A stretch of DNA of 64,000 nucleotides from a virus (lineage: Duplodnaviria; Caudoviricetes). The stretch is taken from positions 48,521 through 112,520 of IMG/VR virus record IMGVR_UViG_3300035208_001463. One strand, 5' to 3'. Below are positions 44,225 to 53,521 of the stretch, piece by piece (position 1 is the first letter of the stretch; the number at the start of each line of letters is the position of its first letter). The translations under genes were made by a program, and so were the position numbers. The notes under the pieces were generated by a model. It did no database searches. It was not told the DNA's origin and saw only the letters and a program-made list of their open reading frames with translations.

Positions 44225-45523
44225 TTATTTTTTATATTTTGCAATAATGTCGGCATGTTCCACTTTATAAATTTCATATTCTTCTGGTGACAGATAACAC
44301 TTCTTTCCTTCTTTTGCGCGTTGTTCTACCAAATCTTCGATGTGCTTTATCCAATAAATTCTATCCTCTGTAGTCCCATTCTTCCCTCGTATTATACCAT
44401 GTTCTTTATCAGTTAACAAAACAAATTTATTCGGATCGCCCTTGATATAATATTTCACTCTCTCCCCATTGTTAATAATCCACGCATAATATCCGTTAAC
44501 ATCTTCGTCCCAAATACAACATGCTTGTGGTTGCCAATAAAGATGATGTCGGGTAAGCGCCCTATAGTTTTTATTATCAAATCTTGTTTTACCAGATAAT
44601 ATACTTTTGTAATCATAAGCAGCGTCTATACGATCCCATAAATCTTGGTTCCAGCGTTCACAGTAGTATGCCCGACTATTATTATTCGCATTTCTTAATG
44701 CTTTGTTTCCGTACCATATCCCTTCTCCATTAGAAGCGATCAAATGTTTTTCTACCCAATATGGATCTTGCGCCATCCTTTTATTTTCTTCAATTCTCCA
44801 TTTTTGCCACTCGGGGTCTCGGGACATCTTTTTATTTCGTTCTGACATCATATTTTGCCATTCGATATTATCAGAACGTTCGTTTATACTTTGCATAAAT
44901 TTATCTTTAAATATAGGATCTTCGAAACGCTCTTTTGCCATTTTACTCATTTTCTCTATATATTCAACATTATTATAAAGTTCCTCGCGTCCTTTTATCC
45001 ATTTTGGATTTGAAGGAAGTTTTTTATTTGTTTCTCTCCTCCATTCCTGCCATTTAGGATCATTTGATCGTTTCTTCATTGCTTCATTATGACTCTTTAT
45101 CCATACTGGGTTTGAAGATAATACTTTCCCACGTTCCTTACATTTTTCTTCATAATCTGGAGCAGACATTATTTTTGCAATTGCTTTTTTATTTGCTTCT
45201 TTCCATTCGGGTGTTTGCACCATTTTTCTATTTGCTTCTGTAGTATTTTCCAACCAAATCGGATCTTTTGCCATATGTTTGCACGCGCAATCGTGGCATC
45301 TATATTGTTCTTTTGGTTTACTAAAATTACAAATATAATCAGTTCTTTGACTACCACAATCCAAACAAGTATACGTATCCATCGTATTATTACCACCATT
45401 AATCCCGCGATTCTTTGCAGCGCATGATTGACACATATGCTTTTCGCGGGATTTATGAAATGTAGAAGGATACCCAGTTCTGGGTTTACCACATATAATA
45501 CATTTATACGTAACCTTTGGCAT
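44225..45523 (-). CDS. Zn-ribbon/helical-repeat protein with C-terminal HNH-like domain (paralog of 10444-11628)
   Basis: Shared RIDAAYD.KSILSGKTRF..AL.RHHLYWQ..ACCIWDED..PNKFVLLT..EHG; repeated DPxW motifs. Confidence 0.6.
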   Translation of the reverse strand: MPKVTYKCIICGKPRTGYPSTFHKSREKHMCQSCAAKNRGINGGNNTMDTYTCLDCGSQRTDYICNFSKPKEQYRCHDCACKHMAKDPIWLENTTEANRKMVQTPEWKEANKKAIAKIMSAPDYEEKCKERGKVLSSNPVWIKSHNEAMKKRSNDPKWQEWRRETNKKLPSNPKWIKGREELYNNVEYIEKMSKMAKERFEDPIFKDKFMQSINERSDNIEWQNMMSERNKKMSRDPEWQKWRIEENKRMAQDPYWVEKHLIASNGEGIWYGNKALRNANNNSRAYYCERWNQDLWDRIDAAYDYKSILSGKTRFDNKNYRALTRHHLYWQPQACCIWDEDVNGYYAWIINNGERVKYYIKGDPNKFVLLTDKEHGIIRGKNGTTEDRIYWIKHIEDLVEQRAKEGKKCYLSPEEYEIYKVEHADIIAKYKK

Positions 45524-45524
45524 T

Positions 45525-45677
45525 TTATTTTATCCTATAAGATCTACTCTTCATCCCGCGCGTCTCTATTCTCTCATCTTTCCAATATTTCGTATGGCAG
45601 TGTGGGCAATATGTTGGTATTGTATCAACGGTTTTTGCATTCCATCTATGTTTACATTCTTTACATTCGAAAGTCAT
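45525..45677 (-). CDS. 50-aa C2C2 zinc-finger protein (not in ORF track)
   Basis: Manual translation MTFECKECKHRWNAKTVDTIPTYCPHCHTKYW... Confidence 0.7.
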   Translation of the reverse strand: MTFECKECKHRWNAKTVDTIPTYCPHCHTKYWKDERIETRGMKSRSYRIK

Positions 45678-45753
45678 CTTTAAATATATACATTAATAGT
45701 ATTTATACTTTCGTATTGAATGTAGAAATGTATTTATAAAAAATAATATTATA

Positions 45754-46038
45754 TTACCAACTATCTCCTGTATCATAGGTAGTCACCCTGCTCGCTTCTG
45801 ACCACAAGCGTACGATGATAAATATTTCACATAATATAATTAAAACCCAAACAAAACTCATCATCCACACTATAGAATCCCCTGATAGAGCATTCCACCA
45901 GTATGGTGGAGTATACGCTTTAAACAGCGGCACCACCTTTGAAAACAACGTCCCAAATATAATCGTATAAATTCCCAATGCCAACGTGACTGCCAACATT
46001 GAAATTCCAGCTATTAACATACGCCCAGCAGAAGTCAT
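45754..46038 (-). CDS. Small two-TM protein, candidate structural protein
   Basis: Helix-loop-helix hydrophobic pattern. Confidence 0.6.
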   Translation of the reverse strand: MTSAGRMLIAGISMLAVTLALGIYTIIFGTLFSKVVPLFKAYTPPYWWNALSGDSIVWMMSFVWVLIILCEIFIIVRLWSEASRVTTYDTGDSW

Positions 46039-46205
46039 TCAATACCCACCCCCTTGTTTTGAGGAAACATAATTGCAACCGAAACAATAATCATAATAAA
46101 TCCTCCTACCCATGTTCCAACCAATGCCCAATCTGTAGCATATAGTATACCAACTATACATAACACAATTCCAATAATTAAAAATATTAAACCTTCTGTC
46201 TTCAT
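46035..46205 (-). CDS. 56-aa two-TM protein (replaces track ORF 46039-46236)
   Basis: Manual translation MKTEGLIFLIIGIVLCIVGILYATDWALVGTWVGGFIMIIVSVAIMFP...; ATGA overlaps on both sides. Confidence 0.65.
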   Translation of the reverse strand: MKTEGLIFLIIGIVLCIVGILYATDWALVGTWVGGFIMIIVSVAIMFPQNKGVGIE

Positions 46206-46459
46206 ACATTGCGACCTCTATCCCGTTTACTCTCAATTATAAGATTATACCCCGATGCAATCAAAAACAATATTCCCATTGCATAGAAACATATTGTAAG
46301 TAAATGAAATGTATTCATGGAATCCTGCGTAGTCAAACCCAACGAATTTAGATTATTCATTGTGTTTCCTAACATATCCCACGCTTTGCCTATCGCTATA
46401 CATATTGTCCCCCATGCAAAAAGGTTAATAATAAATCCCTGCATTGCTCCTGCTGACAT
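46202..46459 (-). CDS. Small two-TM protein, candidate structural protein
   Basis: Two hydrophobic helices with N-rich loop. Confidence 0.6.
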   Translation of the reverse strand: MSAGAMQGFIINLFAWGTICIAIGKAWDMLGNTMNNLNSLGLTTQDSMNTFHLLTICFYAMGILFLIASGYNLIIESKRDRGRNV

Positions 46460-46461
46460 AA

Positions 46462-47343
46462 TTAGAGCCTCGCATCTTGCGGCATGGGCTTAAATACGTA
46501 TCTAAACAATACCAACATATAAATCAACCATATTCCCACTTGCAGCAATCCTACAAATAACATTGCTTCCGCAGAATCTTTAATCCACGGGTATGTTTGC
46601 AGAAGCACTACAGAAAAACATGCTACTGATACAAGAAGTTGAACGATCAATACTAACAAATTCCACCCCATTGTAACAATAGTTAGTAGAGGATCAAAAA
46701 ATTGCCCAAGAATATTATCCGTGCCACTCGTGGTTTGAATATTTGTCAACATCAGATTTCCATTAATTGCGCAATTCTCATATGTCACAGAACCATTCGC
46801 GCATTCAGATGGGGTAGCAACTGTTGCTCCTGCTTCAAATATACCTGCGCCATTAATTAACCCGATTGTAGATTGCATGAGTAGAATAAACACAAGAATA
46901 TTAATGAGTGGGTCGCCAGCTCCATTTATACCATATAAGAACCGTTTCTTCTCGGTCATGTAAAGTATAACCGCAATCAAGGCACACATTATAATTAATC
47001 CCCATTGTCCAACGGGATTTGGAGTTGTAAACCATTTTGCCCATGCTGTAAATGCTGCTATCCCCACCGCGATAACACAAAACTGTGCAGATGAAGGTTC
47101 ATCGGCTACCCAAGCAATCCAAATGATCAATGCAAAGGAAATAATATTATAATAAAACGCCGCCTGTGCAGCAGTAACACCGGGCACATTTTGTATACCC
47201 AAATCAATAAGATATCCCCCTGCAACCAATAACGTTGCAGATGTGCCAGCAGCCATTTGTGTAACTGTTTGTGCCGATACAGATGCTATTAATACCGAAA
47301 TGGATGATATAAATAATACCAATCTACGTTTCATTGAAAACAT
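46462..47343 (-). CDS. Polytopic membrane protein
   Basis: About 7 hydrophobic segments. Confidence 0.65.
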   Translation of the reverse strand: MFSMKRRLVLFISSISVLIASVSAQTVTQMAAGTSATLLVAGGYLIDLGIQNVPGVTAAQAAFYYNIISFALIIWIAWVADEPSSAQFCVIAVGIAAFTAWAKWFTTPNPVGQWGLIIMCALIAVILYMTEKKRFLYGINGAGDPLINILVFILLMQSTIGLINGAGIFEAGATVATPSECANGSVTYENCAINGNLMLTNIQTTSGTDNILGQFFDPLLTIVTMGWNLLVLIVQLLVSVACFSVVLLQTYPWIKDSAEAMLFVGLLQVGIWLIYMLVLFRYVFKPMPQDARL

Positions 47344-47345
47344 TA

Positions 47346-50300
47346 TTACACACTCCGAGTGTAATTTTCCCATGCGATATAGTTCTTACCACGTTCATTA
47401 AGCACCGTATAATTTAACTGATAGATCGAACCTGCAACCGGAGATGTAACGTTTGTCATATATACCGTTGTATTCAAATCCACGTCTTTCAAATAGAAAT
47501 CTATTCTCGTTGTTAGATCAGTCATATCTTGAAATGACCAATGGAATGTTACATTTCCAATGTCTGGTTCTGTCGCCCAAACCTTTGTGTTCCCGCTAGC
47601 ATACAAATCATCCCATATATTATCCGTTGTTACAGGAACAATAAATTTAAGCTGATACTGTGAATCCTGTGGATACACCGAATAATAATTTGTATTTCCG
47701 CCATATGTTACATTAACATCATATTTAATAGTGCTTAACATTGTAAATACTATATTGCCCTGTGAATCCGTAGATCCGTGCATTATCAGTGTACCATTCA
47801 ACGCATCGTTTGCAGAATCCGAATTCATTCCATAATTGTTAATTAAATCCGACAACCCTTTTGGCAAAGTCGTTTCATTATAATTAGCATTTACAACCGC
47901 CTCCTTCAATTGATTCCCATATACATCCACGATGGAAAACTGAACTGTTTTTGGTGTGTACCATGTCGTTGATGTAGATGCGCTTTTTTCAGATAACTGC
48001 ACCGTTTCTTCTCTATCACTATCCATCACATACGATACCTGCTTCCCTGCATACCCCGTTGACGCTAATGTGAGAACAACGGTGCTGTAGGGATAGGTGA
48101 GGATGAATGTTCCGTTTGTTGTCAAATATGTGGTTGAACTGTCGGTGAGTGATACATCTGGGATTACTAACCCGGTTGCGCTATCTGCGACGTGAAGGGT
48201 GAGGATATATTGGGGGTCCATCCAGATATCCTGCTGGGTGAAACCTGACACATCGGTAGCTGTGATATTCACCGATGTTGAATTCCAAATTCCAAAACTA
48301 CTGTTAGTAATCGTAAGTTTCACGTATTTCGGAACTTGCGTTGAATTGTAAGTGAATGATGTGTTCTGAACGTTATCAATAGTGTGTGTAGATCCTTCTA
48401 CAAAATCCCATTCGAGAGTATTGATTGTCGCATTAAAATTTGTTGATGTATCATTTACAATAACGACAAACGGTTTATATCCTGATACTGCGTTGATATT
48501 GAATGATGGATATAATTCACTTGCATTGAGTACATTAATATAATCTGTTTTTACAAGGGATGAATTTCCGGCTGTGTTATTCCCAACTGATAAATTAACA
48601 GAGTATAATCCTTTGGATACATATGTATGCGTCAGGATGTCGGGCTTGCCATTTAGTATATCTCCATCTCCAAATGACCAGTTCCAAGAATCCGGTGTTC
48701 CTGTTGATTCGTCTGTGAATGTTACATCCAGTGGTGCGTGACCTGTTAATGGGGTGCCTGTGAAGTCTGATGTGAGGGGAATTCCGCTAGGGATATTACT
48801 TACATTCACAAAACTTGAATTATACCCACTGATATTATACCCCTCGGAATTACTTGCGTTCAACCGGATACTCCAATTTCCGATACCGAACGTATATTCC
48901 GGATTCTGCAACTGGCTGAACAATACTTCTGTAGCAATCCCGGTTATATTTGCGCAGGACCAATTCCATGTCGTTGGACTTCCAGCTGTTGCATCTACGA
49001 ATTTAACAGTATGTGGGGATTGGCCGGAACTTGAAATCGGTTTTGTAAATATAGGGTTTGTCCACGCTTTTCTCATTGTTGTATTGTCAGTTATTCTGGC
49101 ACGTACATATTTTTCATAGCCAGAATCAGATATCGTATAACTCGCCCCAGTTACAGATATGTTCGTACTATTAACAATCCCACCATTTGTTATCCATTCG
49201 ACGGTGCTAGCGTTAGGAAACGATAATGATATTTTTCTATTTACAACCGATATTCCAGAAATTATTGCACCCGTAGTTGAATAATAATTCCCATCATTTA
49301 ATGATTGTTTTATGCTTGAACAATCTAATGCATCTGAATAAACCATTACCCACCCAGAATTAAAAACTGTTGAAGTTGGATCGTGCATGTCATCTACGGC
49401 CGACCCATAGACGCTACGACTCTGTGTTCCAGATGAGAGTATAGAGTCCCATAAATATTCAGAATTATTTCCTCCATAAGTGGTATCCCCCCCATTAAAT
49501 ACCTCTATAGTTTTATATCCGTTTAATAAAATCAGCGTTCCCAAATCCCATGCTGCCGGAGAATATAGAGGGGATGCTATTGTAGGTATTGAACCATTAG
49601 ATAACATGCCATTTATTTTCGATTGGGGTTGAAAACTTGTTTGAGTGACATTTCCCCCTATATTTGTCATATAACCGATGATTGTTGTATTATCAGGACT
49701 CCTTGCTTCTTCTTCGGAACCATTGATATGTAATATTCCAGATACCCCCGGGTCTGGTGTAACATATGCATGATCGGTAATGGCCAAGAAATTATACCCG
49801 GCGTTTTTATAGGCGGTAGATACAACTGTGGGGGAACTTGTTCCATCGGAATTCGCTGTATGCGCATGCAATTGTCCTTTATACACATTGGTTTTATTTG
49901 AGTATGGTGATACTATTTCATTGAGGTAAAATGATGTTATTGGAGAAGCAGGCGAAATTCTTGATTCCCTCATCTCCAATTGGCTGATGCTGGTGTATGT
50001 ATTATTATTATTTTCTTTTATGTATAATCTATAATATTTGTAATTTTCTGTATTGTAAAATTCGTATGATTTTCTTGTTTGAGTTGTAGCATCCCATGAT
50101 ATATTATATTGAGTGTCGAGTATAATCCATGTGGCTCCATCGTTGGATGCTTGTAATTCCCACGTTCTGGGTGCTTCTTGCGCTGCCGTAGAATAATACC
50201 CATCATACCGTGGAGAAACGATAGAATAATTTTGCACGGCCTTTCCACTTGATAATTGTATTTGTATCCATGTCGGAATCCCACCGTTCGAAGACCACCT

Positions 50301-51194
50301 GTTGTTATTTTCGTTATTTCTATCAAATGACCACCATGCTGGATATCCACTGAACACCGAAGCAGCACTTGAAAAATTACCAGTTGGTGTTGTATCACTT
50401 GTCATTATCGGAACAATATTTGTATCTGGGGGGTGCGTGAACTCTGCGGTCTGTGGGGCGACTTCGGAAATTGGCAATGATGTATTCCACATCGCAATTT
50501 CATCAATATATACTGGCATATCATATCCATTAGAGAGTGATCCAAATGTCGGGGTGCTATCGTTCATTAATGTGGCGATAGTAGAAACTGCCGATACCTC
50601 GACCCCATTTTTAAATGCGGCAATGTGTGTAGAGTTTCTACGGATTACGTATTGTTCCCATACTCCTTGTGTTGGTATGGATATGATCTGTGCACTTGCA
50701 ACATTCCAACTTGTTGCACCACTTGCCGCAGAATACCATTTTATAGCCCCATCACTGTATGATATAAACAGTGGCATATACCCACCTGTCGGATCGAATG
50801 CAACTAACGTATCGATATCTGCAAGTCCAGCAGTATTTGGAAAATATACCCACATCGAAATTGTAAATTCTTTGGATGCAATACTAAATTCACTACTTGA
50901 TGGAAGTTGTATTCTTGCTAAATCGGTTCCACTAAAATTCCCGGATGCAGATCCGAATTTTTTTGTAGTGGTATTAATTGTAGCATTGAATGAGGATACT
51001 GTGTGCCCGACATCGTCTATGAAATCAGAACTACCATCAACCCCGTTATTATGCAGTAACATCACCAAATTCCCGTCGTAATTAATAAGTTCGGCATTTG
51101 CCGATCCGATTCCAACCAGTATCAATATCAGGATTAAAAATATGTTTTTGAACTTCATGGTGCCACTACCAAATGCAAAAAGTATTCGTCTCAT
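47346..51194 (-). CDS. Large secreted adhesin-like protein: LamG-like, F5/8 discoidin-like, PHP metallohydrolase and PKD domains
   Basis: Signal peptide; FTISMWVY..IDEIAMWN; RTWELQASNDG..YRLYI; GQLHAHT..ITDH..DDMH; PLDVTFTDESTG..WNWSFGDG. Confidence 0.75.
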   Translation of the reverse strand: MRRILFAFGSGTMKFKNIFLILILILVGIGSANAELINYDGNLVMLLHNNGVDGSSDFIDDVGHTVSSFNATINTTTKKFGSASGNFSGTDLARIQLPSSSEFSIASKEFTISMWVYFPNTAGLADIDTLVAFDPTGGYMPLFISYSDGAIKWYSAASGATSWNVASAQIISIPTQGVWEQYVIRRNSTHIAAFKNGVEVSAVSTIATLMNDSTPTFGSLSNGYDMPVYIDEIAMWNTSLPISEVAPQTAEFTHPPDTNIVPIMTSDTTPTGNFSSAASVFSGYPAWWSFDRNNENNNRWSSNGGIPTWIQIQLSSGKAVQNYSIVSPRYDGYYSTAAQEAPRTWELQASNDGATWIILDTQYNISWDATTQTRKSYEFYNTENYKYYRLYIKENNNNTYTSISQLEMRESRISPASPITSFYLNEIVSPYSNKTNVYKGQLHAHTANSDGTSSPTVVSTAYKNAGYNFLAITDHAYVTPDPGVSGILHINGSEEEARSPDNTTIIGYMTNIGGNVTQTSFQPQSKINGMLSNGSIPTIASPLYSPAAWDLGTLILLNGYKTIEVFNGGDTTYGGNNSEYLWDSILSSGTQSRSVYGSAVDDMHDPTSTVFNSGWVMVYSDALDCSSIKQSLNDGNYYSTTGAIISGISVVNRKISLSFPNASTVEWITNGGIVNSTNISVTGASYTISDSGYEKYVRARITDNTTMRKAWTNPIFTKPISSSGQSPHTVKFVDATAGSPTTWNWSCANITGIATEVLFSQLQNPEYTFGIGNWSIRLNASNSEGYNISGYNSSFVNVSNIPSGIPLTSDFTGTPLTGHAPLDVTFTDESTGTPDSWNWSFGDGDILNGKPDILTHTYVSKGLYSVNLSVGNNTAGNSSLVKTDYINVLNASELYPSFNINAVSGYKPFVVIVNDTSTNFNATINTLEWDFVEGSTHTIDNVQNTSFTYNSTQVPKYVKLTITNSSFGIWNSTSVNITATDVSGFTQQDIWMDPQYILTLHVADSATGLVIPDVSLTDSSTTYLTTNGTFILTYPYSTVVLTLASTGYAGKQVSYVMDSDREETVQLSEKSASTSTTWYTPKTVQFSIVDVYGNQLKEAVVNANYNETTLPKGLSDLINNYGMNSDSANDALNGTLIMHGSTDSQGNIVFTMLSTIKYDVNVTYGGNTNYYSVYPQDSQYQLKFIVPVTTDNIWDDLYASGNTKVWATEPDIGNVTFHWSFQDMTDLTTRIDFYLKDVDLNTTVYMTNVTSPVAGSIYQLNYTVLNERGKNYIAWENYTRSV

Positions 51195-52900
51195 CCCGTC
51201 ACCACCTTGTAAATATCCGACACAGAATACCCCGTCTTATTCCCCTGCACGTTGTAAAGTTTGTAGGATAACGAACACGAATGCCCATTATCGCAGATGT
51301 AGTATCCTCGCGGGTTTGCTACCTTGACGTAACTTTCCGAAGCGTTCCAGACGTAGACGCTGGCATTGGGGATTAATTGCCCATATGTTTTAGATCGCGC
51401 TATTCCACTAATAGCAACTCCTGTATATGCTATATCTGTTTGATTTAATAGAGCAAAATCCAAAGATATGTTTTTTGCCACAAGAGGAACGAAACTGTAA
51501 TTATATCTTGTGTACCCGGATTTCGTGACGTTAATGTTTATAGCACTACCTGTTAAGAACCCCGTCAGGAGATATGTTCCGTTCGCTGCTGTCGTGTATG
51601 TGTGCTCGGTTCCGAGTTGTGCCATCGAAACAAGTGCTCCGTCAAGTTCTGCCGTGGTATTGGCATCATAAACAGTTCCTTGGAATTTGGCATAACCTGT
51701 TAATTCAGTTTCATCCCAGTTCAATATAGATTCCGTTATTGGCGCAAGGGTGTTTCTCACGATGATTTCTGCATAGTAGACACCGGTGCTATCGGAAGTC
51801 GACCAGTCAAAATCGTAGGTTCCGGTCTGGGTGGTGATCGTCTGTGAGTGCAGAACGGTTCCATACACATCAAGTATTGAAAGCGTATAGATGTAATGTT
51901 CTCCGGGTGAGTGAACATCCCAGTAATCGTTGGTTACGTCCCACGTCACTGTAGCGGAATCTCCCTGCGAGTATTCGTCGGAACTCCAAGCAACATAAGC
52001 CCCCGATGTCGTTACCCAGAAATACGAGGTGGTGGACGAGTCCCCGAGCGATACGCTCCATTTTCCGTTTTGTATCGGTGCCCCTGCGACGCTCAAATCT
52101 GATATTGGGATTACGCACTGGCAACTCATATTAGCGACGGGGTAGGATTTGACAGCCGTTCCCGCTGGGTTGGTGATGGTAAGAACGGTTGCATCCGGAT
52201 AGGGGCGACCGTAGGAGAGGCCGAAATAGTTTGAATCTTTGGGTATTGGTATCCCGGTCGGATCGGTTGTGTTGAGTTGGTAAAGTCCTCTGGCTGCTGG
52301 TGCGGAGCTGTCTTCATGGATAAACCAGTCTGGGGGGATGGAACCTATGATGGTGGCGTCGTCGGAGTAACCTATGATGATGTCGTCGAATCCAGTACTA
52401 TAATATCCGCCATTAACCGTAGATATTATTTTAATGTACGATGGGTTAAGTGTCACCGCGCCGGATGCGAATAATACATCATTAGCATAAAAATAAGCAG
52501 TCCCTCCGGATACCACCGTTTCTATTCTAGTGCCTGCTGATGACACTCCTAGATAATACCCGGATGATCTTAACACAGCCCCGGTTGAATCCAGTAATTC
52601 GATTTGAATTTGCGGTTGGTTGGCCCCTAACCATCTCGCAGTAAATGCCGCATAATTAAATGATGTAGATGTTACACTTTGAATATAAGTATTCCCGGTT
52701 CCACCAGATATCGTAGAGTAAATATGTCCATATGTATCAGGGGATGCAACTCTGGTATTTGTATTAAAATACCAATCCCCTTCCGTCGCCGGCCCCGTGA
52801 CTGCGGTATAATCCTGAAAATCCGTCTTAATCGGACTTACACTCCCCATCACCGGCAATACCATCAAACACAGCAATACCACAATCAAAAATCGCTTCAT
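51191..52900 (-). CDS. Secreted beta-sandwich surface protein with carboxypeptidase-regulatory-like domains
   Basis: Signal peptide; GTVYDANT..L.GA.V..T..NGTY..KSGY motif. Confidence 0.65.
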   Translation of the reverse strand: MKRFLIVVLLCLMVLPVMGSVSPIKTDFQDYTAVTGPATEGDWYFNTNTRVASPDTYGHIYSTISGGTGNTYIQSVTSTSFNYAAFTARWLGANQPQIQIELLDSTGAVLRSSGYYLGVSSAGTRIETVVSGGTAYFYANDVLFASGAVTLNPSYIKIISTVNGGYYSTGFDDIIIGYSDDATIIGSIPPDWFIHEDSSAPAARGLYQLNTTDPTGIPIPKDSNYFGLSYGRPYPDATVLTITNPAGTAVKSYPVANMSCQCVIPISDLSVAGAPIQNGKWSVSLGDSSTTSYFWVTTSGAYVAWSSDEYSQGDSATVTWDVTNDYWDVHSPGEHYIYTLSILDVYGTVLHSQTITTQTGTYDFDWSTSDSTGVYYAEIIVRNTLAPITESILNWDETELTGYAKFQGTVYDANTTAELDGALVSMAQLGTEHTYTTAANGTYLLTGFLTGSAININVTKSGYTRYNYSFVPLVAKNISLDFALLNQTDIAYTGVAISGIARSKTYGQLIPNASVYVWNASESYVKVANPRGYYICDNGHSCSLSYKLYNVQGNKTGYSVSDIYKVVTG

Positions 52901-53028
52901 TTCGTGTACCTCCCCCGAAGTTTGCGAACTGGTTTTTTACCATATGGATTCCCACAGCGGGGGCATCGTATGGGGTGTTCAACTCTAGGAAACTTATTTA
53001 TATGTTTACAATAATTACACTTCATCAT
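52897..53028 (-). CDS. 43-aa C2C2 zinc-finger protein (not in ORF track)
   Basis: Manual translation MMKCNYCKHINKFPRVEHPIRCPRCGNPY...; ATGA overlap with 51191-52900. Confidence 0.7.
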   Translation of the reverse strand: MMKCNYCKHINKFPRVEHPIRCPRCGNPYGKKPVRKLRGRYTK

Positions 53029-53135
53029 GTAGTAATTGTATAGTGTTATAGTATTTAAACCTTTCCATACCATTTATATACGTGTATTATAACTAACACA
53101 AAACTATATATATTATTACGACTACTATTATTAAT

Positions 53136-53288
53136 ATGAGATTGCAACCAAACGAACAGACACCAGAAGGATATTATAGATGTGTCAAATGTAATTATAT
53201 TTGGCACGCGCGCATAAACCCCCCGGCACTACCGGTTTCGTGTCCAGATTGTAAAAGTCGATATTGGTCAGGAGAGAAACAAAAATGA
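53136..53288 (+). CDS. 50-aa C2C2 zinc-finger protein (not in ORF track)
   Basis: Manual translation ...YRCVKCNYIWHARINPPALPVSCPDCKSRYW... Confidence 0.7.
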   Translation: MRLQPNEQTPEGYYRCVKCNYIWHARINPPALPVSCPDCKSRYWSGEKQK

Positions 53289-53521
53289 CCCGCATTAAAC
53301 TCTCACTACGTCTCGGAACAGTTGGAGGTATTATTTGGGGCCTTCTATTCACAGCCTACTACTCCATGCTCCCTTACATCAATGTTTTACAAACAAAACG
53401 TTTTGAATTCGCATGGAAAAGCGCATCGATTTGTTTTGCAGCGTTGATAATTATTATTCTCGCCCTTCCATATATTTACAACGCTTTCAAAGAAGCATAC
53501 CAAGAGAGGAAAAACAAATGA
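53285..53521 (+). CDS. Small two-TM protein
   Basis: ATGA coupling on both sides. Confidence 0.55.
   Translation: MTRIKLSLRLGTVGGIIWGLLFTAYYSMLPYINVLQTKRFEFAWKSASICFAALIIIILALPYIYNAFKEAYQERKNK

Noticed and set aside
46039-46236. 65-aa ORF from the track
   Set aside because: Alternative frame 46035-46205 gives a clean two-TM protein with ATGA coupling on both sides
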